A stretch of DNA of 64,000 bases from NCBI GenBank assembly GCA_964016885.1, contig OZ024743.1, forward strand, positions 358,980,001 through 359,044,000. Direction: 5' to 3'. This DNA comes from Eledone cirrhosa. Its lineage: Eukaryota. The notes beneath the pieces are model-generated. The model was given only the letters and a program-made list of their open reading frames with translations, was not told the origin of the DNA and did not search any database. This document shows, in pieces, positions 14,637-27,192 of this stretch; position 1 is the stretch's first letter; the number at the start of each line of letters is the position of its first letter. The position numbers were made by a program, and so were the translations under genes.

Positions 14637-14748
14637 ACTTTTGATGTATTGAAGGTTTCTTTGGTTTATTTTTTATAATTTTTTTATAATATATATATAT
14701 ATTTACATAATATATATATATATATATATACATAATATATATATATAC

Positions 14749-14835
<87 letters not shown>

Positions 14836-14942
14836 TATATATATACATAATATATATATATATATATATATCTAGATAATATATATATATATATATATAT
14901 AGATAATATATATATACATAATATATATATATATATATCTAG

Positions 14943-14992
<50 letters not shown>

Positions 14993-15050
14993 TAATATAT
15001 ATATATATATATATACATAATATATATATATATATATACATAATATATAT

Positions 15051-15149
<99 letters not shown>

Positions 15150-15163
15150 ATATATATATATAC

Positions 15164-15233
<70 letters not shown>

Positions 15234-15305
15234 ATATATATATATTTATTTATATATATATACATAATATATATATACATAATATATATATATATATATA
15301 TATAC

Positions 15306-15374
<69 letters not shown>

Positions 15375-15517
15375 ATATATATACATAATATATGTATATA
15401 TATATATATATATATACATAATATATATATATATATATATACATAATATATATATATATATATATATACATACATAATATATATATATATATATACATTA
15501 TATATATATATATATAC

Positions 15518-15585
<68 letters not shown>

Positions 15586-15605
15586 ATATATATACATATA
15601 TATAC

Positions 15606-15655
<50 letters not shown>

Positions 15656-15679
15656 ATATATATATATATATATATATAC

Positions 15680-15713
<34 letters not shown>

Positions 15714-16191
15714 TAAACGGAATAGAAAATGCTGACAAATTGTTCACAGTTGAAAAATGGTTTAATTAGGAATAAAAGAGTATTAGTGATTGTATGGGTT
15801 AGTATTCAGTTGTGGTTTTAAGTTTTTAAGTTTTTACCGGTTGCGCATTTCTAAATGCTTTTCAAAAATAATTTTGAGATAGAGTGTCCGTGCTGTTTGC
15901 TCTGATCTGATTAGTTTTGGGAATTCTATCTGTTTTTATGTTAAAAAAGTGGCTCCAGCGTTATTTTTGTGTTGCAAAAATGCTTGTGGTTAAAACAATT
16001 TTGATTGGTCGGTAGAGGTCATGTGAATGTAAAAAGTTGATTTTGCGCCAAGACTGTTTTTATGTTAAAATGTTAAAAAAGTGGCTCCAGCAAAAATTAT
16101 TGGTCAAAACAATTTTGATTGGTCGGTAGAGGTCATGTGGATAAAAAATTGGTTTTGCGCCAAGATTGAGAAATGACTCTTTCACAACAAA

Positions 16192-16225
<34 letters not shown>

Positions 16226-16239
16226 TGTGTGTGTGTGTG

Positions 16240-16276
<37 letters not shown>

Positions 16277-16344
16277 AGTAGTAGTAAGGTGTTCGATGCT
16301 GCGACAATGGCCAGCAGCGATGTGTGTCAAATGGCTATTAAGAT

Positions 16345-16395
<51 letters not shown>

Positions 16396-16519
16396 CAGCA
16401 GAGTCATTCGAAGGTCAAAAGATATTTTTCAGCTTTTGTCTTATACGGAGAAGTGCGTGTGTGTGTGTGTGTGTATAAGTCTCTTTGTACGTTGATGTAC
16501 GCGTGTCTATGTGTTTGTG

Positions 16520-16550
<31 letters not shown>

Positions 16551-16899
16551 CTGTGTGTGTGTGTGTGTGGGTGGACCAGTATTTTTTCCCCCCTGGTAAA
16601 ATGGTGTACATTATTCGATTTTTTCAGTAAAATCGGTTCTCTTAATAGAACATCAAAAATCTTAACAATAAAAGGTGTGAAATGATATTCACTATATATA
16701 CACACACACACACACACACATTCACTACATATATATATATATATATATATACATATATACATACATATATATGCACATATATTTTTTTGTATTGCACCAT
16801 AGAGCATGTGTGTTTACGTGTGTCATTGTGTTTATATGTGGGTAGAGATGTGTGCTGATGTAGGTATGTATGTTGACGTGTGTATGTTGTGGGTTCGTC

Positions 16900-19224
16900 T
16901 TAGGGAGAAGTGTTTAGACGGGGTCCGTATTTGTTAATGAAGTAAGATTCCTTGCTGATGCGCTGGGTGTGGGTGGCATTATCTTTAAATTTGTAGAGGG
17001 GAAAGATTCTGAAGTTGGGATGATTTTGGGCGGCACAGGTATCAATGTGTTCACTCAGTGGTATTTTCCTGTATTCCCGTATTTTAATTTGGGATCTATG
17101 GACAGTCATGCGTTGGCGGAGGCTGTTTTTGGTCTGGCCTATGTATTGTTCTCGACAACCTGAACAAGTTAATACATATATTAGATTTTCCGATGCACAT
17201 GTGAAATTGTGTTTTACTATAAAACGTTGTCCATCTTTGAAATAGAATTCCGAACCCTCTATTAGGTTGATGCAAATGCCACAGTTGGGTCTATCGCATT
17301 TTTTTACTGTGGGTTTCGTTGTTGTGGTTGGCAGTACTTTGGCATGTGTTAAGATGTTTTTCATTGACTTGGATTGTCTTTTGCTCTTTATGATATCGTG
17401 TGTTCGTAGAATTTGGTTAATTCTATGGTCCTTTTTCAATACAGGGATGTTCTGGAGGATGGTGTCAAAGGCCTCATTGTTGAGGGGGTTGTGTGTGGAG
17501 ATGTATGGAAGAGCTTTTAGTTTTGGTTGATTTACTTTAGGGTGTCTAAGGTCCTGGGTACTGAGTTTTAGGGCACGTTGGATTCCATTGTCAATTAGTG
17601 ATGCAGGGTAGTCCCTGCCTATGAGTGTGTCCTTTAGTTCTTGTAGCCGTAAGTAGCAGATGTTTTTATTGGAGACTATAGTACAGATTCTCTTGGCTAA
17701 GTTGTAGGGAATATTAATTTTAACGTGTCTAGGGTGGCAAGAGTTGAAGGGGAGGTATTGCTTGGAGTCTGTGGGCTTGTAGTATATGTCTGTTTCTATT
17801 TTTTTGTTATGGATCTTAATGAGGATGTCGAGGAAGGGGAGTTGTTGATGGCTGTATTCCATCGTGAAGTTAATATTTGTGTTGAGCCCATTTATAAGGG
17901 TGTGAAATTCTTTAAGTTTTTCGATGTTTTCGTGCCAAAGGATGAAGCAGTCATCTAGATATCGCTTCCAGTTCCTTTCAATGTGTAAGTGGATGGTGTT
18001 TCCAAATTTGTTTAGGACTTTAGTGTAGAGGGTGATTTCCAGGTATCCCATGACTAGGTTGGCATAAGTAGGGGCTGTTTTCGTTCCCATAGCGGTCCCA
18101 GATTTCTGCCTGTAGGGTTTGTTATTGAAAACGAAGTAATTGTTCTCCAAGATAAATTTGAGTCCCTCTATCACGAATTCTTTTTTGATGCGTTGTGGGA
18201 GTTCATTGTGGAAATTATCCAGCCAGAATTGGATAGCTTCTATTCCTAGGTTGTGGGGGATGTTGGAGTATAGGTTGACTACATCGAACGTCACTAGTAG
18301 GGTTTGTTCAGAAAGTGGCATATTAGGGAGGTGATTGAGCATATCTAGGTCGTCCCTTATATAGCTTTTGATGTGCTTGAGGAAGGGTTTGAGAAGGGTA
18401 TCAATGAAGTTGCTAAGACGGTGCGTTTCGCAAGCGGGGCCTGCTATTATAGGTCTTAATTTGAGATCATTGGGTGAGGGGACATTGATGACTATGTCTG
18501 TGGCTTCCTTGCATGCCTTACTGATTGATTCGCTTTTATGTACTTTAGGGATACCGTAGAAAAGGCTGGATTTACTTGTGAAGTCTGTGATGAAGCTGAC
18601 TTGCTTGTTAGTGAGTCCTTCTTTGTATTGGTTGATTAGAGTTTTTAGGTTTCTCATAATTTTCTGTTGATTGTAGTGTTCAGCCTTTTCGTAGTATGTT
18701 TCGTTTTCCAAAGTGGAGAGCGCTAAGTTGATATAGAATTCTGTCTCCATTAGGACTACTGTACTCCCTTTATCAGCCTCTTTAATTGTAATGGTTCTGT
18801 CGGTTTTTAATCTATTTTATTCTTCCAATTCTTTCTTGTTGAGGTTTGGCTTGTGTTTTTGTCTGTGCAAGTGTTGGTAAGGGAAGTTTGTGATGTGTTC
18901 ACAGAATTCGTCCAGGATTTTATTTCTACCTTTTGAAGGGGTGTAATTGCTTCTATTTCTGGCTAATGATTCATCCTCATTGTACTGGTCGAATAGTTGT
19001 TCACTAAGTCGTAACTTTCTACAGAAGTCTGTGATGTCTTCCTTCATTTCATAGTAGTTAGGACGTAGTGGGGTCGGTGTGAATTTAAGACCTTTGGAGA
19101 GTAAGTTGATAAGGTTGGGTGTTAGTTCTGCACTAGTAAGATTGATAATTTTTATTACTATCGGTTTCTCTTCCCTGTCTTGTGTTATTTTGTTTGCCTG
19201 TATCTGTGTGCTGTGTCTAAAAAA
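16900..19224 (-). pseudogene. PLE RT + GIY-YIG endonuclease ORF with one in-frame stop (TAA 18817-18819)
   Basis: Motifs INLT..LLSKGLKFTP, ADKGSTVV, FYGIPKVHK, LRPII, TFDVVNLYSNI, GTAMGT..AP, RYLDDCF, CxxxxCxxC linker and NLIYVLTCSGCREQYIGQT. Track ORFs 18817-19047 and 16900-18750 are the same frame. Confidence 0.92.
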
Positions 19225-19590
19225 TGGTTGGGGTAGAGGGGTTGTCTGCTGATGTTAAGTGGTCTCCTGTGTTTGTTATATTCCTTGTTGTTGTAAAATG
19301 TGGTTCGGGTTGGTGGTTGTAGATTGAATGGGGTGTTCCTGTACTGCGAGTATGGGTGTGTGTTTCTATGTGCCATGTTGTATTGTGGTGTTATAAGTGG
19401 CCTACGTTGTTGGTTGTATCGTGTGGTGTGGGTTTGTTGTGTATTGTGGAAGTGAGAGTTGAGAGAATGGTAATTACCTTGCTGTCCCCTTGAAGCGAGG
19501 AAGTTGTTGCATCTATCATGGCGGTGGTATCTTTTCCCTATGTTTGACGATGAGGAATCCGCGTAGTAGTTGAGTGATTTGGTATGGTGT
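19185..19590 (-). CDS. 5'-truncated upstream ORF of the PLE (basic, N/Q/R/H/Y/P-rich)
   Basis: Open for about 135 codons from the TA junction to the stop at 19185. It overlaps the RT frame through TTTTTTA. Confidence 0.5.
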
Positions 19591-19602
19591 CTATATATAT
19601 AC

Positions 19603-19689
<87 letters not shown>

Positions 19690-19796
19690 ATATATATAAT
19701 ATATATATATATATATACATAATATATATATATATATATATATACATAATATATATATATATATACATAATATATATATATATCTACATAATATAC

Positions 19797-19870
<74 letters not shown>

Positions 19871-19940
19871 CATAATATATATATATATATATACATAATA
19901 TATATATACATATATATATATATTCATATATATATATATA

Positions 19941-20059
19941 CAGGGTGTCCCCAAAAGCATTCTAATAACTAATGCCAGGGTGTCACACTTCAACACCATT
20001 CTAATAACTATTGCCTGTACAGGTAGTCGAAGTGTCTATACATTTTTGGTGACACCCTG
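19941..20059. mobile_element. Tc1/mariner-type MITE
   Basis: TA|CAGGGTGTCCCCAAAA ... TTTTGGTGACACCCTG|TA. A lone matching end lies at 20788. Confidence 0.75.
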
Positions 20060-20074
20060 TATATATATATACAT

Positions 20075-20402
20075 TGTGGCTGCCAACTCGTTTTCGAGTA
20101 CGGCCACTACTTTATATCCATGTAGGAGAACCCCTACCAATGCGCTGAACGAGTGTGGCTTTTTAGTCCAGCCAGCGACTTGAAAACTCTGGTACAAACA
20201 CTACACTTGTGATAATTATTGACACATAGTGCTGGGCCCATGGTACCATGTGATGACAAGTGCAGAGAGATCTCCAGATATAAAGCAATGCCTGTGCCGT
20301 GAAGCTTTTATAGTGAGCAAAGGCACTGCACAAAGCCAATCCCACTCTCTTAACCAAGATGATATTTACCAAAAAGAAGAACAAGTCAACATCATTGGAT
20401 AC
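20075..20402 (+). repeat. About 330-bp dispersed repeat, unclassified
   Basis: Highly similar inverted copy at 56547-56878. Confidence 0.8.
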
Positions 20403-20819
20403 CATCAGGGTTGCAGGTGTTATATAAGAGTTTTCCTTCTCCTAGAATTCTGCCTTGACAAAGGCTAAGGGGTCATCTCTCCCGGTGATGTTGGATGGCC
20501 ATTGACTCTTAAGAGCTCCTTTACCCTTTGACAGGTTTTGTTTTTAGTCCTGCAGGATGTCCAAAATCACCCTCCTCACCAAGAAACCTTGGTGGGGTTG
20601 TCAGTTTAGTCGCCAACGACCCGACCATGAGACAGGTTGTACTGGAATACATGTTACCAGTAGCACCAACTGGTGACCTGATATATATATATACACACAT
20701 ACATACATACATAATACATACATGCATACATGCATTCATGTATGTATGTATTATGTATGTATGTATGTGTGTATGTATTTATATATACAGGGTGTCACCA
20801 AAGATGTATAGACATTAGA

Positions 20820-21050
20820 ATGCATATGCATGTATACATATGCATGTATACCTATGCATGTATACCTATGCATGTATACATATGCATGTATACATATGCA
20901 TGTATACCTAAGCATGTATACCTATGGATGTATACATATGCATGTATGCATGTATACATATGCATGTACACATATGCATATGTATGTATGTATGTATGTA
21001 TGCATGCATGCATACATACATGAATGCATGTATGCATGTGTGTATGTATG
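20820..21050. repeat. (TATGCATGTATACA)n-like minisatellite
   Basis: Seen directly. Confidence 0.85.
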
Positions 21051-21399
21051 CGTCAATGCGACGAATTCGTGTCGTCATTAAAATTTCAGAATTTTTCGCA
21101 CTATTAGATCAGGTTTTCTGCACTCAAATCTCGCTGAAATCAACTTTTCCTTTCATCATTTCAAAGTTGATAAATGAAATATCAGTCTAGTACTGGAGTC
21201 AACTCATCCTCTATATTTCTTTCTCGTTTTTTTTCTCATTTTTCTCTTTCTTTCTTCCCACCGGTTTTTCTTTCACTGGAAGAAATCGACTGTCACAGAC
21301 CAGGAGAGGGCGGGGCTTCAAGAGGTTTAAATGCTCACGTATATAATTAAGTCTCCACCAGGAGTTAAGGGCCAAGGTCATCACACATACACACACACC

Positions 21400-21449
<50 letters not shown>

Positions 21450-21856
21450 CGGTGGGTTTCTCCACAGATTCCGTCTCACAAATTTCACTCGCTTGTGTAT
21501 TGGTTAATCCGAGGCTATGGTAGAAAATAAATGCATAAAGTATTACGCCGTGGGATTGAAACTGAAACTACATTGTTGCGAACCGAATCCTTTAATCACA
21601 CCTGACCTGTTTGCTTTAAAGTCTCTTTTATTATTATGTTAATATACCTACAGGATTCAAACCCTCATTTCATTTTGTCTCCCTGATCGTGTGAATCCAT
21701 ATAAAACAGATTAGTATATCGATGAACGTTTTCGTTACCCTATATCTCTAATGAAGGTATTGCCTATGATTTCGAAATAATTTTGAAAATAATCAATAAA
21801 TGGGAAGAATTTTCTTATATAACTAACATTTTCATTATTAAGTTGGTATTTGGACG

Positions 21857-22072
21857 GTGGATTAGCAGTATCAGTAGAGGGTTCGACGCCATGCTTTGCA
21901 GCATAGAGTTACGGCCCTTTAAGATCTGAGTTCAAATCCCGTCGAGGTTAACTTTGCCTTTCATCCTTACGGGGTCGATAGAATAAAGTACCAGTCACGC
22001 ACTGAGGTTGATTTAATCGACTTTCGCCTCCCCCCAAATTGCTGACCTTGTGCCTATATAAGAAACCATTAT
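21857..22072 (+). mobile_element. SINE family A
   Basis: Homologous to 9705-9888. Flanked by the direct repeat attattaagttggtatttgga (TSD-like). Confidence 0.8.
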
Positions 22073-22522
22073 TAAGTTGGTATTTGGAGCATAACTTAAA
22101 GTTTCTAACATATAATTATGATGGAAGGTTTTTAAATTAATATACACACTTTAAAACAGTTTTGTATTATTGAATCAGGAGGGATTTACGAGTAGTATCA
22201 AAAAGGTTAAGCTATATTCAAGTGCTATAAGTTTTCTTGAAAATTATTAAATTAACAACCAATCATTTAAATTGAAATATTTTAGTTTCTGTATTAAAAA
22301 AAACAATGCAGTTATATACAATGCTGCGAATTTACAGAGTCGTTAGAACATCGGATTAAATTTGCAGTATCTTATCTACTTATGTGTGTTCTAAGTTCAA
22401 ATCTCGCATCCTAAACCCAAGAGTTGCGATCGCAGCTACTTTCAGGAATCAACTGAAACACAATTTCCTTCTGATGATCAACTCGTTTCCTTTTCATATG
22501 CCATTACGTTTCATGAAATCAG

Positions 22523-22709
22523 CGGTGGATTGGCAGTATCGGTAGAGGGTCGGACGCCATGCTTTCCAGCATAGTTACGTCCCTTAACGATCTGAGTTCA
22601 AATCCCGCCGAGGTTGATTTTGCCTTTCATCCTTACGTGGTCGATAAAATAAAGTACCAGTAATGCACTGGGTAATTTCTGGCCTTGTGCCAAAAGTAGA
22701 AACAATTAT
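22523..22709 (+). mobile_element. SINE family A
   Basis: Homologous to 9705-9888. Flanking direct repeat gtttcatgaaatca. Confidence 0.8.
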
Positions 22710-23414
22710 GTTTCATGAAATCATTTGTAATTACACACTTAATAGATCACATTATACCATATATTTCTATTAGAAGATATTGTTATTTTGTAACGTTGAA
22801 ATTCAGAATTTTTTTTTTATGTCGGTGCTCTACATTATTAAGCTTACTTAAGTTTATTTAATGTTAACGAAATTAAGAATCTATTATCTGTTATCGTCCT
22901 TATATTTGTTTATTTTGATATTCCTCTCCATTCTACATTATGTCGTCTTGTCTTAGCTGGTTCATCAAATTCGAGATTTATCAACATATACAGATAACAT
23001 TTAGTTCAATTTAACTCTTAAAGTATTTTCATTAACTATTTTGTGTATAGTAATTGTTGACTTACTGTTATTCCATCTTCAACGTGTTAGCTGTTACTTG
23101 CGGTATGACATTTCATATCCAACTCACAAGTAGTCAGCGGCACACTGTTGAATCGATGACCAAGACTCTACGTTTTCAAATGGCGTAGTCCATTGAGTTG
23201 AAAAAAATGTATCACCTATTCCAAACAGCTTGCTGCTACAACTGCTTTAAGTAGAAGAAGAACTATAAAATGATCTACAAGTGGTATGTCATGTGGATGC
23301 AATATGGTTGATCGGTTAAGAACTTCGCTTGGCAATTATATGGTTTTGGGTTCGACTCCACTGCATGGCAGCATAAGCAAATATCATTTACCATAGCCCC
23401 AAATTGTATTCAGT

Positions 23415-23556
23415 GAAGGCGCATGGCTTAGTGGTTAGAGTATTGGGCTTGCAATCGAAAGGTTGTGAGTTCAATTCTCGGACCGGGTGATGTGTTGTTT
23501 CCTTGAGAAAGACACTTTATTTCACGTTCTCCAGTTTACTCAGCTGTAGAAATGAA
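23415..23556 (+). mobile_element. tRNA-derived CORE-like SINE (family B)
   Basis: A-box TGGCTTAGTGG, B-box GAGTTCAATTC, then ccttgagaaagacactttatttcacgtt...cagtttactcagctg. Inverted relatives at about 25130-25200, 30015-30155 and 32490-32532. Confidence 0.65.
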
Positions 23557-23649
23557 ATGATAGGACTGGGGTCCCTATCATTAAATTACCCAAGACACCT
23601 CCAATGAGATATATCTTGGAGGAGGCCAGCTAAACCTGCATAGGTGTGT

Positions 23650-24330
23650 GCTGTCACACACACAAATTGTATTCGGTGTCATCTCTGATGCATTTCAGCG
23701 CAGCTTCAACTTCGGCTTGGGGAGCGATCGTCGTTTTTTTAGTCTACATTGAAATGCATATACAAATCGCTGTTCTCTTCTCCACTGCTTGTATGGCCTC
23801 AGCCGGGACGGTTAGGTTGGACCAGGTTTGCTTTTGTTTAATGAGCTTCCATGGCTGGGCCAACCTTTTATCGATTTGACTGCGGTTCATTGTGAAGCAT
23901 GGCCGTTTTTTAGCTGCAGCAGCAGCGAAAATTTTTCTCCTTTTCGTGTAGCTGTTATTGGTGCTATTGCTGGGCACACTGTAGTTGGTGATGTTGTTGG
24001 TCTTGTCCTTGTCATTGGTGTTGTTGCTGTTGCTGGAGGTGTCGTTCTTCGCATTTGTGTTGGTGTTGCCGCCATTGTTTCCTTTACCTGTTACATTATT
24101 GTTGTTGTTGTTAATGCTTATTTTGTTCACGTTGTTGTTGTTGTCAATATCGTTGCTGCTGTTGTTGATATTGTTGTTGTCTGTTGTGTTGGCAGTAGTC
24201 ACATCTTAATTATTCATAATGCTGGTGTTGTTAGGAATGGTGTCTTTCCTCTCAACTTTGAGCTGCTGTCACGTGACAGGTGGTTCAACCTTGGTGGTAA
24301 GTGTGGGGGGTGGGGGCATACTTCGTCCAT
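23650..24330 (-). mobile_element. Asn-rich ORF1-like remnant of the Tx1-type LINE family
   Basis: N/T-rich tract followed by FAAAAAKKRPCFTM. A homologous FAAAAAK*GACFNM at about 44400-44450 is joined to LINE ORF2. Confidence 0.5.
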
Positions 24331-26351
24331 GTTTGTTTTTTGAAGAACAAATTTTTACACAAAATAAAGTTCAGATATTTGCACCCAAGACCCAAATATT
24401 ATGTGGTCTCCTTTGTACAAGGCAAAGATGGTTGTCTATAACCTCTTTTGAGCAAAAAAGTTACAGCAAAATACAAACTACACAATATAAATCAACAAAC
24501 CTCAACCAAACAATAAAGATGATGATGATAATAATTAATAATAATAACAATAATCCTTTGCTTCTCATAATCATTAACATCACTCACGTTATTCTTGCTA
24601 TTATAATAAACAAAAAAGAAAAGAAAAAGTAAGTTGTTACTATGAACAACGAAATGATTATTATTATTGTTTCTCTTGTTCCTCTTGATTGATAACCAGT
24701 TTTATCCAACAGATTATATAAATTGCCAAGTGACTGAAAGGAGTTTTATAGAAAACATGTCACAGAATCAATTACTGCAGTGGAATTTCTTGAAAAAGGG
24801 GGAAAACACGAAACAATAACAAAAAACAACAACAAACATTGTTAAAATAACAATTACAAGAGCGACAAAAGACTAACAAAACAAGACAGAATACAATTGA
24901 AACAAATAAAAGATGGAATAACAATGTGTGTTGGGCCTCCGTCGGTTGCTACGAAGAGTTTTCCAGTTGTTTGAATAATGGAACAGCCTCATCGTAAAAT
25001 GAATGTGCAAGTGGCTGAGAAATCAGAGTGGCTGAGACGTATTCACCTCAACTATTGTTAGGGAGATTTAGCGTCACATAGTGTCTGACAATACGAGCCT
25101 TTTGAATTACAGATTAAGACTTTTTTTTGCAAATCTAATGAACTGGAGCAGCATGAAATAAAGTGTCTTGCGATCGTGAGCCGAACATCTAAATCACCCA
25201 CCCAGCCACACGTCTTCACGCTGTAACAATCTATTGGCTATACTATCATAAATCGTAAATTCAATACACACGCCACCCACAGCAGAAAAGAATGCCAACA
25301 CGAAAACTAAAAAGAAATCACAAAAACAATGAACCAACAAACATAGAATTATTTTATTTGCGAAGATATACCATGCAAGCGCCAGTGGTTTGATAGAGTC
25401 GTGCCTGTCAGAATTCTAGGGTATCGAATTGGTGAAGTGATTACAGCAGGTGCTCCAAAACTGACCAGTATCACGCCCTCCCGCCGATTCTTTCAGAGAG
25501 AGATATCTCAATATTGGACTGGCACTTCATTTATTGACTGCTCAGTAAAATTGGCCTCAGCGGGAATTGAATTCAGATCACAAAGCGAATACTGCAAGAA
25601 ATAGACTTCCGTTAGTTTCGACAATGAGTGTTCCAGTTCGATGAACAGCCAGCTCATGAAATGAACGTGTAAGTGGGTGAGAATTCCCCCAGACTCATGT
25701 ACCCTTAATACAATTCACAAGGTGATTCAGCACGACACATTATGAGATAAGGTTGGCCCTTTGACGTACAAGTACAATCCCTCCGATAGGTTTCCAAACA
25801 GTTTCCATCTATCCAATTTCACCCACAAGGCTTGAATTGACTCAAAGATATGGGAAACAATACTTGCTCAAGATGCCACATAGTGGAATAGAATCCGAAA
25901 CCTTATGATTCTGAAGCAAACATTTTAACAATTTGGCCATGCTATGTTAACACATGTAAGTAAAAGAACAAAATATAATAGAACAAGGTTTAGACCGATG
26001 CTAGTATGATGAATACCTTCAATTGCTTGACTGCTGATGATCAGATGTATTTATCAATGGGCAACTATCTTCAGAAAAAAAAAATGAAATTAATAGAAGA
26101 GCAAAGTGAAGTAGCTAGAATTCAGAAAAGAAACAGGATCACAGATGTAGTTCACCGACATCTGATCTCACACAGTTCTTACTACATATTTCTAGTCAAA
26201 TATTATTGTTCACCCAAGTAGATAATCCTATTGTGGTCTCTTTTAATGAAGAACGATTGGTGCATAAAATCACATGGAATTCTTTATTGGGAGTAAATTA
26301 GTTTCTAACTGATCGATTTCCTTATACTCTCCACCTCGGTAATGTTTTTTA

Positions 26352-26528
26352 CAGTATCGGTAGAGGGTTGGATGCCATGCTTTCCAGCATAGAGTTACGT
26401 CCCTTTATGGTCTGAGTTCAAATCCCGCCGAGGTTAATTTTGCTTTTCATCCTTACGGGGTCGATAAAATAAAGTACCAGTAATGCACTGGGATAATTGC
26501 TGGCGTTGTGCCAAAAGTAGAAAATTAT
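26352..26528 (+). mobile_element. SINE family A
   Basis: Homologous to 9705-9888. Confidence 0.8.
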
Positions 26529-27192
26529 TTATAACCAGTAAATTGAAAACTAATATTAAAACAAAATCAATGTTGAATTCCCCTAATGACCCAAACAATG
26601 AACAGTTTGGTTCTTGCTGTGTTCAATGTGATGCCCTCTTGTGTTTGATGAATCAGGACAAGTAAGACGAACATCTTGATCTTTGGATTAAATTATTGAA
26701 AAAGCAATACAGTTTTGCCGATATTTGCTATCTTATTTAATTAAGTATTGGTAATCTACTTAAATTTACTCTATCACATACAAAAATGTTTCTGAGTATT
26801 ACGTTTTGATACTTTTAATTAAAACTACTCTTGAGCTACTGCTCAGGCTAACTCCGATTCCGAAGGCTTATGAACGAAGGCTTCAAACACTGATCCTTCT
26901 GTCTTTGCTTAAGTACTACATTTTCAGGGATACACGTCTCTTCTTTTTAAGTTCGTAGGGTGAAATTTAAAGGAAAATGTGTTACTTTTTTAGAAGATCG
27001 AGTTAGCGTGTTGCTCATTACAGTATTGTTTAAAATATTGAATTATAACTTTCATCGCCTTTAGTAAATTTTTCTTTACTCAAGCATTTACTACTTTAAC
27101 TACTGCGCTCTATATATTTTCTATATCTAATTATTGTATTTATTTATTCGCTTATTTGTACTTTACTGACTATTTCTTTATTTATCTTTCAG

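Larger units (their letters stand above)
13600..15710. repeat. (TA)n arrays with recurring ACATAAT interruption
   Basis: Seen directly; the same variant occurs at 19590-19920. Confidence 0.9.
15711..19590 (-). mobile_element. Penelope-like element, near full length, inserted in a TA array
   Basis: RT-GIY-YIG ORF, an upstream ORF, and a 3' region with a duplication and an HHR-like motif. Both ends abut (TA)n. Confidence 0.9.

Noticed and set aside
18817-18819. Recoded (selenocysteine or readthrough) stop in the PLE ORF
   Set aside because: The codon is TAA, not TGA, and is not at a Cys position; a simple nonsense mutation is more likely.
23415-23490. Possible tRNA gene
   Set aside because: A and B boxes are present but there is no clean cloverleaf, and the sequence continues into a SINE body.
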